This document shows positions 8,418-17,222 of a stretch of DNA of 34,037 nt, piece after piece (within the stretch, counting starts at the first letter, position 1; every line of letters starts with the position of its first letter). This DNA is from a virus. Taxonomy: Duplodnaviria > Caudoviricetes. The DNA lies in the IMG/VR virus record IMGVR_UViG_3300049983_000004, positions 1-34,037 of that record; one strand, written 5' to 3'. Both the position numbers and the translations under genes were made by a program. The notes below the pieces were generated by a model, which worked only from the letters and a program-made list of their open reading frames with translations, searched no databases and was not told the DNA's origin.

Positions 8418-9839
8418 ATGAATAACGACATAGAAACAGCACTAAAGAATTTCCGTACATCGAGCGACCGTTACCGTAAAGCGGAGCGATATTACAAGGG
8501 CGATCACGACCTGGCGTTTGCCACCGAGAAGTTTAAGAACGCCTTCGGGTCGATGTTCCGCGAGTTTGCGCTGAACCTTTGCCCGGCCGTTTGCGATGCC
8601 GTGCGGGACAAGCTGAAGGTTCGCGAATTCCGCGTCGAACAGGGCGGCGGCACTCTTTCGACCGACGCCTGGCGGATCTGGCAGAACAACCGGATGGGCC
8701 GGCGCTCGGGCGAGGTCCACAAGGAAGCGGTCAAGAACGGCGACGCTTATGTGATCGTCTGGCCGAACGCGCGGGGCGAGGTGACCATCTACCCGAACAA
8801 GGCCGGGATGTGTACCGCCGTCTATGACGAGGAGACGCCGGGCCGCGTGCTATGGGCGGCCAAGCACTGGCGGACGCCGGATAAACGCGTGCGACTCAAC
8901 CTGTTTTACCCGGACCGGATCGAGAAATATATCTCGAAAGCGGCGAGCGAGAATACGCTGCCGGATGCCAAGGAATTCATGCCGTATGCCGAAGGCCGTA
9001 GCGCCGCCGACCCGGCGGCTGTATCGGTGGGCGACCCGCCCACCGTGCGGAAGCGAGTCGCTTCCGCGACAGCCAGCGAGTCGCTGGCGGTACAATCGGA
9101 AGGCTCCATTATTCCAAACCCGTACGGCATTGTTCCGGTGTTTCATTTTGCCAATAACGCGGATATCGGGGCGGCCGGCCAATCGGAGCTGGAGGCGGCG
9201 ATGCCGGTGCAGGACGCGCTAAATAAATCGGTGCTGGATATGCTGGTGGCGATGGAGTTTGCCAGCTACCGGCAGCGCTGGGCGGCCGGGATCGAGATCG
9301 AATACGGCGAGGACGGCGAGCCTATTCCACCGTTCAAGGCCGGGGTGGACCACCTCTGGATCACCGAGAACCAGGACGCGAAATTCGGCGATTTCGAAGC
9401 GGCCAACCTCGAACAATTCCTCAAGGTAAAGGACAGCTTCCGCATGGACATGGCCTGCGTTACGGGCACGCCGATGTACTACTTTATGCAGGTTTCAGGC
9501 GATTTTCCCTCGGGCGAGGCGCTCAAGAAGGCCGAGTCGCGGTTTATCGCCAAGGTGCGCGACCGGCAGGAGAGCTTCGGCCAGGTCTGGGAAGACGTGA
9601 TGGCGTTTGCGCTCGCTTTGGAAGGGAAGACGGACGCCCGGTTGTTTGCCGATTGGGAAGACCCGGCGCCACTCTCGGAAAAGGAAAAACTCGAGAACAT
9701 CGCTGTGAAAAAAGAGCTCGGCCTCTCGGACGCGCAGGCGCTGATCGAGGCGGGCTACGGCGAGGTGGACGTCGAGAGGATCATGGGCGAGAAACAGGCC
9801 TCGGCGGACCGGCTGGTGGAGGCGTTTAATGCCGGGTAG
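8418..9839 (+). CDS. Phage portal protein, SPP1 gp6-like
   Basis: RYYKGDHD, NLCPAVCDA, GDAYVIVW, PNPYGIVPVFHFAN, QDALNK and SGEALK motifs; follows terL. Confidence 0.92.
   Translation: MNNDIETALKNFRTSSDRYRKAERYYKGDHDLAFATEKFKNAFGSMFREFALNLCPAVCDAVRDKLKVREFRVEQGGGTLSTDAWRIWQNNRMGRRSGEVHKEAVKNGDAYVIVWPNARGEVTIYPNKAGMCTAVYDEETPGRVLWAAKHWRTPDKRVRLNLFYPDRIEKYISKAASENTLPDAKEFMPYAEGRSAADPAAVSVGDPPTVRKRVASATASESLAVQSEGSIIPNPYGIVPVFHFANNADIGAAGQSELEAAMPVQDALNKSVLDMLVAMEFASYRQRWAAGIEIEYGEDGEPIPPFKAGVDHLWITENQDAKFGDFEAANLEQFLKVKDSFRMDMACVTGTPMYYFMQVSGDFPSGEALKKAESRFIAKVRDRQESFGQVWEDVMAFALALEGKTDARLFADWEDPAPLSEKEKLENIAVKKELGLSDAQALIEAGYGEVDVERIMGEKQASADRLVEAFNAG
8998..9093. repeat. Family A element (96 bp) in frame in the portal gene
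   Basis: Near-identical to the intergenic copy at 25142-25236. Confidence 0.92.
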
Positions 9840-9878
9840 TCGGTAGCTCGTGGTTGGTGGTCCGTGGTCGGTGGACAG

Positions 9879-9958
9879 TTCTTATTCGCGTTGATTCGTG
9901 TTGATTAGTGGTTCCAGTCTTTACGGTTATCAGGAAGTAACCACGAATCTACACGAAT
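9879..9958 (+). repeat. 80-bp repeat with an inverted copy at 13870-13949
   Basis: Manual alignment to the reverse complement of 13870-13949 shows 4 mismatches in 80 nt. Confidence 0.9.
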
Positions 9959-10103
9959 CAACAGGAATAAGGCACAAAATCAAAGATCAAAGATCAAAGA
10001 TCCAAGGTCAAAAATCAAAGATCCAAGATCCAAGGGTCGAATCCGCAATAAGAATTTGAACGCTTCGCGTTCAGTGCGGGCGGGCCGCCCGCGCTCCCGG
10101 TAA

Positions 10104-11432
10104 ATGACGATCGAAGAATTTCTAAAAAAAGTAAACCAGGACCGCATTAAACGCGAGGAGCGCATGACCCGCCGGCTGCTCGCGGAATACCGGCGGTTGG
10201 ATAGAGCGTTGACGAATGCCTATCGGAAAGAAGGGGAGACAGGGAGAAAAGGAGAAGGGGAGACGGGGAGAAAGGGAGACGGGGAGAACCACCCCGGCGC
10301 TGAAGGGCCACCCCTCGCACGTCACGAGGGGAGCTCGGAGGGCTTGGCTAAACGCAGGCGGTTAAAGGGATTACTTGATAAGGTGAGGGCGGAGGTCGGG
10401 AAGTTTGGCAGGCAGGCCTCGGCCATTATCGCGCAGGGCCAGCAGGACGAGATCGAATACCAGAAAAAATCGGCCCGGAAGCTTCTCCAGCTGCTCGGGA
10501 TAGAGAGGGCGAAAATTCCGCCGAGCGGACCCGAAAACGCTCCCGGCACGATGGGCGACGGATCGAAGCTTACCGATTATTTCAGTAAAAAGCTGGCCGG
10601 GCTGGCCGCGGACAGGGTTAGGCAGGCGGCGTCGAATTCCGCCGCGGCGAAACCCAAGGGGGTCTTGAAAAAGCTGAAGGCAAGCCACGGCATCCTGCTT
10701 AGCCGGGCCCTGACCGCCGCGCGGACCGAGACCATGCGCGCCGCCCGCCAGGCCGCGCATGATATCTACAGGGAAAACGGCATTACGGAGTGGACCTGGC
10801 ACGCGCAGCTGTCGCCTACTTCCTGCGCCTTTTGCCTCTCACGGCACGGCACCCTTCACCCTATCAGCGAGCCGCTCCTGTCGCACCCGCGCTGCAGATG
10901 TATAGCCAAACCGGTCGGGGCCGGACTAGGGAGGACCGAAGCCGAGCGCGTGGAAAGAAGGTATAATGAGATCACGCGATTCGGTCATGCGGTCCAGCGG
11001 CACGGGGCGGAAATCACCTGGCAGCAGCTGCACGACCGGGCGGTGCTCGGTTACGACCCGATGACCGGTTCGAGGGTCGACGGGGTTCACGGCGGGGACC
11101 ATCCACCGACGCGGCACGCTACCCGATTTGAGACCAGGGCGGCCTTTGTAAAAGCCGAGGAAACTGTCCGCGCTTCGCAGGAATTCCGCGATGAGATCAC
11201 CGCCGCTTCGAGGGAGGGTAGAATGTATGCGCCGGTCAAGACGATCACGCTGGAAAGGATTTTTGGCGCCGGTTATCTGAGCCAGGTATCGGGCGTCATG
11301 AGGCGCGGCAGCTTTAATGCTCCCACCGGCTGGGACCCGACCGATTTCACCGACGGCGTGATCATTTCCCTGTTCAAGCTGGACGGCGACGAGTGGAAGC
11401 TTTACACGATGTATCCGGGCGTTAAGCCCTAA
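10104..11432 (+). CDS. MuF (SPP1 gp7-like) minor head protein with C-terminal putative RNase toxin domain
   Basis: ARTETMRA, W.W.A.....C..C...HG and HPRCRC MuF motifs. The extension GHAVQRHG...L.DR...ATRF...LYTMYP resembles CdiA-CT RNase A-like/EndoU-type toxins. Confidence 0.85.
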   Translation: MTIEEFLKKVNQDRIKREERMTRRLLAEYRRLDRALTNAYRKEGETGRKGEGETGRKGDGENHPGAEGPPLARHEGSSEGLAKRRRLKGLLDKVRAEVGKFGRQASAIIAQGQQDEIEYQKKSARKLLQLLGIERAKIPPSGPENAPGTMGDGSKLTDYFSKKLAGLAADRVRQAASNSAAAKPKGVLKKLKASHGILLSRALTAARTETMRAARQAAHDIYRENGITEWTWHAQLSPTSCAFCLSRHGTLHPISEPLLSHPRCRCIAKPVGAGLGRTEAERVERRYNEITRFGHAVQRHGAEITWQQLHDRAVLGYDPMTGSRVDGVHGGDHPPTRHATRFETRAAFVKAEETVRASQEFRDEITAASREGRMYAPVKTITLERIFGAGYLSQVSGVMRRGSFNAPTGWDPTDFTDGVIISLFKLDGDEWKLYTMYPGVKP

Positions 11433-11477
11433 AAGTGCGTTGAGTTTATTGAGTTTCTTGAGTTTGTTGTGAAGAAT

Positions 11478-11765
11478 ATGAGTGAAGAAAAAATCCTATC
11501 AAGGGCCATGGAATACATTGCAGGGGCGCTCTATCACCGCGAAGGCCCGTATGACTGGGAAGAGGCCAGGCACTATCTCGGTCACCCTGATTTTCCGGGA
11601 AGGGAGGCGGAATTTAAGGAAGAGTTGGACGGAGCGATCGAAAACCGGACGATCACGCCCGAGCAGTATTTGAAACTGACCGATAAAGAATTTGAAACGC
11701 CTGATGAGGTAGCCGAGGACCTGCGGGCGCTCCGGGAATATATCTACGGGGAGGAAGTTCGTTGA
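11478..11765 (+). CDS. Putative cognate immunity protein (CdiI-like, acidic, 95 aa)
   Basis: Small acidic helical ORF directly after the toxin-tipped MuF gene. Confidence 0.65.
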   Translation: MSEEKILSRAMEYIAGALYHREGPYDWEEARHYLGHPDFPGREAEFKEELDGAIENRTITPEQYLKLTDKEFETPDEVAEDLRALREYIYGEEVR

Positions 11766-11801
11766 GTTTTTTGAGTTCGTTGAGTTCCTTGAGTTTGGAT
11801 C

Positions 11802-11839
11802 TTTAAATTGCCGTTGGCTAAAGCAGACGGCAATTTAAA
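11802..11839. repeat. Palindrome family C (TTTAAATTGCCGT..GCTAAAGC..ACGGCAATTTAAA)
   Basis: Other copies at 21061-21089 and 28363-28400; long form at 22071-22204. Confidence 0.88.
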
Positions 11840-11926
11840 AGAACTAAGATTGAGTCAGTCAATCACCCAATCAATCAATCAATCAATAAGTCAATCACCC
11901 AATCAATCAGTCAATCACCCAATCAA

Positions 11927-13288
11927 TCAATGACCCGATCCCTTCGCTCCCTCGCCTGCCGGGGTCGCGAGAATGTTCGCGTCGATCTGGTCCTGGCCCG
12001 CGAAAATGACCTTATCCGGGGCGTTGTACCGTTTTGACGAGATACTGATATTGTAAACCTTGGCTCCCGGCAGTTGGTCGAAGGTAAACCACCCGAGCGA
12101 GCTGGTAAACGTGTGGCGCGTATTGCCCTGGAGATCGGTAATACTCACCGACATCGACCTGACCGGCATCCCCGAGGCCGTCAGGACCCGCCCCGAGACC
12201 GAGACCGGAGCCGCCGCCCACGGCGCCCCGAGCTCGAACGCCCCGATATCCACAATAGAGCTGCCGTTGCCGTCGCCGTCAAAAAAGCGCAGGTGACCGC
12301 GCTGGTCGGTGGTCAACCCGGCATTTGTCGCCAGGGTGTTGCTGCCGGCGTCGATCCCGGGGCTGCCGGGCAGCAGGGCCAGGGTCGGTATTGGGCCGCC
12401 GTTGTTCAGAAGCGTGCCGAGCAGCGGGTCAACGCCGACGAGGTCAGATGCGTGGAAAGTGAGCTGGCTGCTGCCGGATGCGGCGCTGACGATATTATTG
12501 CCGCGGCTGATCATTCCGCCAAGCATGCTGCACCGGCAAATACCCAGGGCGATGGAATTGCCCGCGTCGAGATTGGCCATCCCGCCGATATATATCCCCG
12601 GACCCGAACCGCCGGTCACGGTCGAACTTACCAGCTTGACGTTAGTGCCGGCAAAATAGATGCCGCCGACCGAATTAGCGGTCAAGGTGGAATTGTAAAT
12701 GTCCACCTGTCCGGCGCCGGATTTTATAGCCACGGCCGCGCCCGTGATCCCGGGGCCCGTGTTATTCGAAAACGTCGAGCTGCGCACCAGGCTGGGGCCC
12801 GGGCCTTCGAAGGCGACAGCCGCTCCCATGCCGGGCGCGGTGTTTCCTTTTAACCAGACGCCGTCCAGTATCACCGAGCCAAGCGCGCGGATCGCGCCGC
12901 CATTATTCGGCTCGGCGGCCCCGATGCCGTTTCCGCCGGTAAGGGTGACGCCGCCGATAGCCACCGCGGTACCGGCTGCCGTGGTGAATACCCGGCTGAC
13001 GTTGTTGGTCGAGATGACGATAGCGTCCGCCCCCCAGCCGCTGATCGTGATCGAACGGGTGATATTTATCTCGCCCATGGTGAGAAGAACCGGAAAATCG
13101 ACCAGGTCGAGCGAAAAATCGACCGAGGCGCAATTTGTATCGGCCACGGCCTCGCGTAAGGAGCAGTCGCCGGCGAGGCAGGCGGGGTTATTCCTGTCGT
13201 CGGCCCTGGTCACGCGGCAATTGGCGGCGTAAGAGACGGTTACCGAGATGAGGAGGATCAGAATAGTGGTTGAGAATATTGTTTTCAT
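11927..13288 (-). CDS. Secreted CSLREA-domain / choice-of-anchor Q beta-helix protein with C-terminal carboxypeptidase-regulatory-like domain
   Basis: Signal peptide; DCSLREAV; NGGAI repeats; DPLLGTLLNNGGP..T.ALLPGSPGIDAG, DQRG and DIGAFE motifs; VSVSGRVLT C-terminal domain. Confidence 0.9.
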   Translation of the reverse strand: MKTIFSTTILILLISVTVSYAANCRVTRADDRNNPACLAGDCSLREAVADTNCASVDFSLDLVDFPVLLTMGEINITRSITISGWGADAIVISTNNVSRVFTTAAGTAVAIGGVTLTGGNGIGAAEPNNGGAIRALGSVILDGVWLKGNTAPGMGAAVAFEGPGPSLVRSSTFSNNTGPGITGAAVAIKSGAGQVDIYNSTLTANSVGGIYFAGTNVKLVSSTVTGGSGPGIYIGGMANLDAGNSIALGICRCSMLGGMISRGNNIVSAASGSSQLTFHASDLVGVDPLLGTLLNNGGPIPTLALLPGSPGIDAGSNTLATNAGLTTDQRGHLRFFDGDGNGSSIVDIGAFELGAPWAAAPVSVSGRVLTASGMPVRSMSVSITDLQGNTRHTFTSSLGWFTFDQLPGAKVYNISISSKRYNAPDKVIFAGQDQIDANILATPAGEGAKGSGH

Positions 13289-13328
13289 GTCCGTTGTTCG
13301 TTGTCCGTGGTCCGTTGTTCGTTGCTCG

Positions 13329-13708
13329 TTAGCTTACGTCTTTTCTTAAGTTTCCAATCGAGTTTACATAAGCATTTCAATTTCGGAGCTAACACGTCTA
13401 AGATGGGCTTTAGACGGCCGATTTGCTCGGTGGTCAATAAACCTCGTTTATGAGCGCGGCGCAGTCAGTGTTGGTCTCGTTTATCGAACCTCGCGCTATA
13501 AAAACAAAACGTCTATTATCCTGAAAACCTCTTCTGCCCGTTCCTTCGGCAATATTAGCCCCGATACCATCCGCCGATCTAACGATTTGTTTACCTATGG
13601 TATCGCGCGCAAAAGTATTCCAACCCGCCACTATTTCCCAAACACTGTCCGCCAATTCCCCGGAAAGTTTATAGACCTCGAGATTTTCAAATTCGTCCTT
13701 TGTCTCAT
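13329..13708 (-). pseudogene. Four-helix-bundle protein (23S rRNA IVP/Avd-like), disrupted
   Basis: FENLEVYKLS..LADSVW...QIVRSADGIGANIAEG.GR...ARGS..ET. An AGGAG-preceded ATG at 13708 is out of frame, with further frameshifts near 13470 and 13377 and a TGA at an expected Trp. Confidence 0.8.
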
Positions 13709-14095
13709 TTTTCAGCTCCTTTATTTATTGGGGAGCTGTTTGCCAACAATCCGCGGACCACCAACCACTAACTATCTGCATTTATCCTGCAAAAATATCA
13801 CTAAAACGCTTATATAGTAAAGGAAATTGTTGGTGGTTCGTGGTCCGTTGTTTCCGTTTTGATTCGTGTATTCGTGTAGATTCGTGGTTACCTCCTGATA
13901 ACCGGAAAGACTGGAACCACTAATCAACACTAATCAACACGAATAAGAAGTGCCCACGGACAACGAGCGACGGACCACCAGCCACGGACCATGTTAATTT
14001 TTTTGAAAAAATGGACTTACGGCCTGTAAAGAATGTTGCAACCTGCCCTTTTCGTGGTATATTTTCCGAGTATCGGGAAATTTCCCATAAAGTCT

Positions 14096-14557
14096 ATGAA
14101 CGCACGATTAAAGGAGCTGCTCGAAGAAGCCAGGATTGAGGCGGAAGAGGTAGAAGAAAGCTTACAATCACCTGCTCACGAACGGGACATCAGCAAGCTC
14201 AGGAACGAGGCAAAGGCCAAGCTCGCGGCCGACCTGCCGGAAGATTACCTCGCATTTTTAAGGGAAGTGAACGGTTTCACGCTGGACGACCTCACTATTT
14301 ACGCCTCCGAGAGCGCCCCGCACGCCAGCTATCCGGAAGCGACGATCGAAGGTTTTGTCAAAATGAACCTAGCTCAACGCGATCAGAAAAAGTGCCGTGA
14401 TTTCCTGATCTTCGGCGAATCGGCCAAGCTCGACCTCTACACCCAGCGCATCTCCACCGGCGAATTCCAGATCCTCGACCACGGCACACTGGAGTTGACG
14501 AAAACCGTCCCGAACTTCGATGAGATGATGATCGAGGCGCTGGAAATTGTGATGTAA
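14096..14557 (+). CDS. SMI1/KNR4 (SUKH) family immunity-type protein
   Basis: LPEDYLAFLREVNG and FLIFGES motifs. Confidence 0.85.
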   Translation: MNARLKELLEEARIEAEEVEESLQSPAHERDISKLRNEAKAKLAADLPEDYLAFLREVNGFTLDDLTIYASESAPHASYPEATIEGFVKMNLAQRDQKKCRDFLIFGESAKLDLYTQRISTGEFQILDHGTLELTKTVPNFDEMMIEALEIVM

Positions 14558-14597
14558 AAAGTGGTTAGTGGTTAGTAGATAAGGTCCCAAATCCGAA

Positions 14598-14647
14598 AGC
14601 TCCCCTCCTTGGAAAAGGAGGGGTGGCGCTTTAGCGCCGGGGTGGTT
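14598..14647 (-). repeat. Palindrome family B (AACCACCCCG..hairpin..CCACCCCTCC..GGAGGGGAGCT)
   Basis: Other copies at 10287-10335, 14695-14737 (partial), 15203-15256 and 28456-28504. Confidence 0.88.
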
Positions 14648-14819
14648 CGTTTCTTTCTTCCATTCCGCAATCCCAAATCCCAAATCGGAGAGAGGCTCCC
14701 CTCCTGAGAAAAGGAGATGTGGCGCTTCAGTGCCGGGCTTTTCTATCCAAAATCCAAAATTCAAAATTGAAATGCCGAGGGGATCGTCTTATCATTTGAT
14801 CAGAGTTAAACTGCATTTG

Positions 14820-15245
14820 ATGAAATATAAAAGACGGCCATTAGACGTGCACAGCCTCCCCGGCCTTAAAACATTCCGGATCGAACTGCGCAAGCACTTG
14901 ACGCCGGCCGAAGCCTCTTTATGGGACCTAGTAAAGAATTCAAATCTTGACGGGCGAAAATTCCGTCGTCAACATAGTGTCGACAAGTACATATTGGACT
15001 TTTATTGCTCATCCGAAAGCCTCGGAATTGAGCTGGACGGCGAAGGCCACTATAATGAGCACGCATATGAGTATGACTATGAACGAAAGCTATTTCTGCT
15101 CCATTTCGGGATCAAAGTAATACGTTTTGAAAATAAGCAGGTTTTCGAAGAACGTGAATACGTAATTCACTGGATCCGGGAATGTTTTGGCTGGAAAGAG
15201 AGAACCACCCCGTCAGCCGAAACGGCTGCCACCCCTCCTTTGTAA
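14820..15245 (+). CDS. DUF559 / Vsr-like endonuclease domain protein
   Basis: LRKHLTPAEASLW, KFRRQHSV..YILDFYC, IELDGEGH and GIKVIRFEN motifs. Confidence 0.92.
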   Translation: MKYKRRPLDVHSLPGLKTFRIELRKHLTPAEASLWDLVKNSNLDGRKFRRQHSVDKYILDFYCSSESLGIELDGEGHYNEHAYEYDYERKLFLLHFGIKVIRFENKQVFEEREYVIHWIRECFGWKERTTPSAETAATPPL

Positions 15246-15323
15246 GGAGGGGAGCTTTTGCCCGATTTTGATTTAATTTCCAATCGCTAAGGTCCGAAAC
15301 TTAGCCAATCTAAATCCAAAATG

Positions 15324-15352
15324 AAAAAGGCCGCGGTATTTCTACCGCAGCC
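15324..15352 (-). terminator. Intrinsic terminator
   Basis: GGCTGCGGTA-GAAA-TACCGCGGCC-TTTTT on the minus strand, 30 nt after the stop at 15382. Confidence 0.7.
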
Positions 15353-15381
15353 CGAATTCCGTAAAAAGCGAATCCTTAGAT

Positions 15382-15831
15382 CTAGTTGCCGCGTCGTCCG
15401 TTGCGGCCGTTGTCATTGCGGTCGCGGAGTCGCTGCATAGTTTCGCGATAGCCGCGCTGGAAGCCCGAACGGTAAGCCGACTGGTATGCCGAGCGTCCGC
15501 CGTTGCGTGAATTATAACCGCTGTTCTCGTTCTGGTAGCCGCCGTTATAGTCGTTGTTGTTGTTCCAGTTCCGGTTGTTGCGGCTGCGCGCATCGCGCAT
15601 GGCCTGCTGCCTGCCGTCCTGGAAGCCCTTCTGCATCGCCTGGCGGTAGCGATTGCTGTTCTGGTTTTCGTAACGGTCGTCGTTGCGGTTATTGTCCCGG
15701 TTGTTGTACCCGCCGTTATCGCGATCCCTCTGACTTTGCGCGCTTGCGTCCGTACCTGTAATAAGAATAAGTCCGAAAGCGATCGAGAGCGCTATTGCGG
15801 CGCCTTTTAATGTTTTTTGTAAGTTTTTCAT
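15382..15831 (-). CDS. Secreted Asn/Arg/Gly-rich low-complexity protein (149 aa)
   Basis: GGGGAG RBS before MKNLQ; signal peptide ASA-Q; GFQDG and GFQRGY motifs. Confidence 0.8.
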   Translation of the reverse strand: MKNLQKTLKGAAIALSIAFGLILITGTDASAQSQRDRDNGGYNNRDNNRNDDRYENQNSNRYRQAMQKGFQDGRQQAMRDARSRNNRNWNNNNDYNGGYQNENSGYNSRNGGRSAYQSAYRSGFQRGYRETMQRLRDRNDNGRNGRRGN

Positions 15832-15862
15832 AATGCTGTATTTCTCCCCGCGGCTGTATAGG

Positions 15863-15877
15863 GCAATGCCCGTGCCA
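15863..15877 (-). promoter_or_regulatory. Sigma-54 promoter
   Basis: TGGCAC-GGGCA-TTGC, exact consensus spacing, about 30 nt upstream of ATG 15831. Confidence 0.75.
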
Positions 15878-16080
15878 AAAGCGAATTTGGGCGCAAAATC
15901 CCGGACATCCGGAAATATGACGGTGGATATGATACGCAACTGGTATAAAACTATACGGATTTGAGTAGGCGGGGCGATTCGCCCCGGGCGGGACCTTCGG
16001 CGACCCTGCCGACACTATAGATAACGACCCGGGAGGGCGGGGAAGCGCGTCGAAAGGCCCGTGCGCGCCTGGAAACGCGA

Positions 16081-16109
16081 TTGACAGACAAGGGGCTTTT
16101 GTTTAAGAT
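16081..16109 (+). promoter_or_regulatory. Sigma-70 promoter
   Basis: TTGACA-17 nt-TAAGAT, 50 nt upstream of ATG 16160. Confidence 0.65.
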
Positions 16110-16159
16110 AAAGCGTTTTTTATCTTTCCTTTAATCAGGTGACGAGGTCCCCACAACAA

Positions 16160-17152
16160 ATGAGCCTTTGGGAAAAATTAAAGCGGTTATGGGATTTTTT
16201 CGGCGGCGAAGAAAATAAGACTTTTCTGCGTTGGCGAAGAAAGAAGAGGAGAGATATTTTTATCCGGTCCTACCTGTCCCTGACGCTCGCCTGCCTACTC
16301 GCTTTCCTCGCATTAGTTAGAGAATTAGTCGATATTTTCGCCAATGATTATCTCGAAACGACACCCTGGCTCTTCTGGCCATGGATCGTTTTTCTGTTCT
16401 GCCTGATCGCGGCGGTGTTTGGCGCGGTCGTTTGGGAAGTACTGGGAGACAAACTCGATGTTTCGGAGCGGGAAAAACGTTTTGCCGTGGGCATGAGGGA
16501 CCTGCTGTCCGAAATAGAAAAGTTGAAAAAGCACGTTTGGGCCGCCCAGAACACCGGAAAGGTCAACGATGAGCTTAATTCCTTCATCGATAAATTCCTG
16601 AATACTTCATGTCATGTATTATGCGGAGGCAACAAGGTCCATGCCGGCGTTATGTTTCATGATACGCAGACCAACTCGCTCAACCTTTATAACAGGACGG
16701 ACGGTTCCGCTTATCCGGATGACGTCACGATCGTATTGGATGAAACAAAGGACGATACTGAAAAGGGGCCGGCCGAGATGGCGTTCAATAAAACATTGAT
16801 GGCCCATATGCCGGAAAAATCCAAAAAAATAGGATGGGTCTATAACGAGCTCGATGGTGAATACGTATTTAAGGAGTTTGTCAGGGGCTGGGTCGAACCG
16901 CCGGCTTCCGATTCGGAAATTTTCGAATCGGTCCTTTCGATCCCGATCACGAGCTACGCGAAGGAAGGAAAGAAAGCATATCACGGCGTTTTGAATTATA
17001 CGACGGCGGCAAAAGACCACTTCATCCCGCGCGACTATGTTATGGCCGTGTGTTTTGCGAGTATCCTGGCCCAGGCCAAAGACGCCGCCCGGTTCAGGAT
17101 CGAGCAGTTATCCCAACCTGCACCCGCCGCCCACCCAAAGAAGCACAAATAG
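16160..17152 (+). CDS. Two-TM membrane protein with C-terminal GAF-like domain
   Basis: Two hydrophobic helices; KGPAEMAF, FESVLSIPI, GVLNYT and F...D pattern typical of GAF domains; more AT-rich than its neighbours. Confidence 0.7.
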   Translation: MSLWEKLKRLWDFFGGEENKTFLRWRRKKRRDIFIRSYLSLTLACLLAFLALVRELVDIFANDYLETTPWLFWPWIVFLFCLIAAVFGAVVWEVLGDKLDVSEREKRFAVGMRDLLSEIEKLKKHVWAAQNTGKVNDELNSFIDKFLNTSCHVLCGGNKVHAGVMFHDTQTNSLNLYNRTDGSAYPDDVTIVLDETKDDTEKGPAEMAFNKTLMAHMPEKSKKIGWVYNELDGEYVFKEFVRGWVEPPASDSEIFESVLSIPITSYAKEGKKAYHGVLNYTTAAKDHFIPRDYVMAVCFASILAQAKDAARFRIEQLSQPAPAAHPKKHK

Positions 17153-17222
17153 AAAAATCGGGGGAAGACTCTCTCCTCCCGCCGATCGCGGAAATCACTC
17201 GAACTGTAAATTACCTAAGGGT

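Noticed and set aside
13329-13708. Avd gene of a diversity-generating retroelement
   Set aside because: No reverse transcriptase and no TR/VR pair with adenine-specific mismatches seen; the gene is broken.
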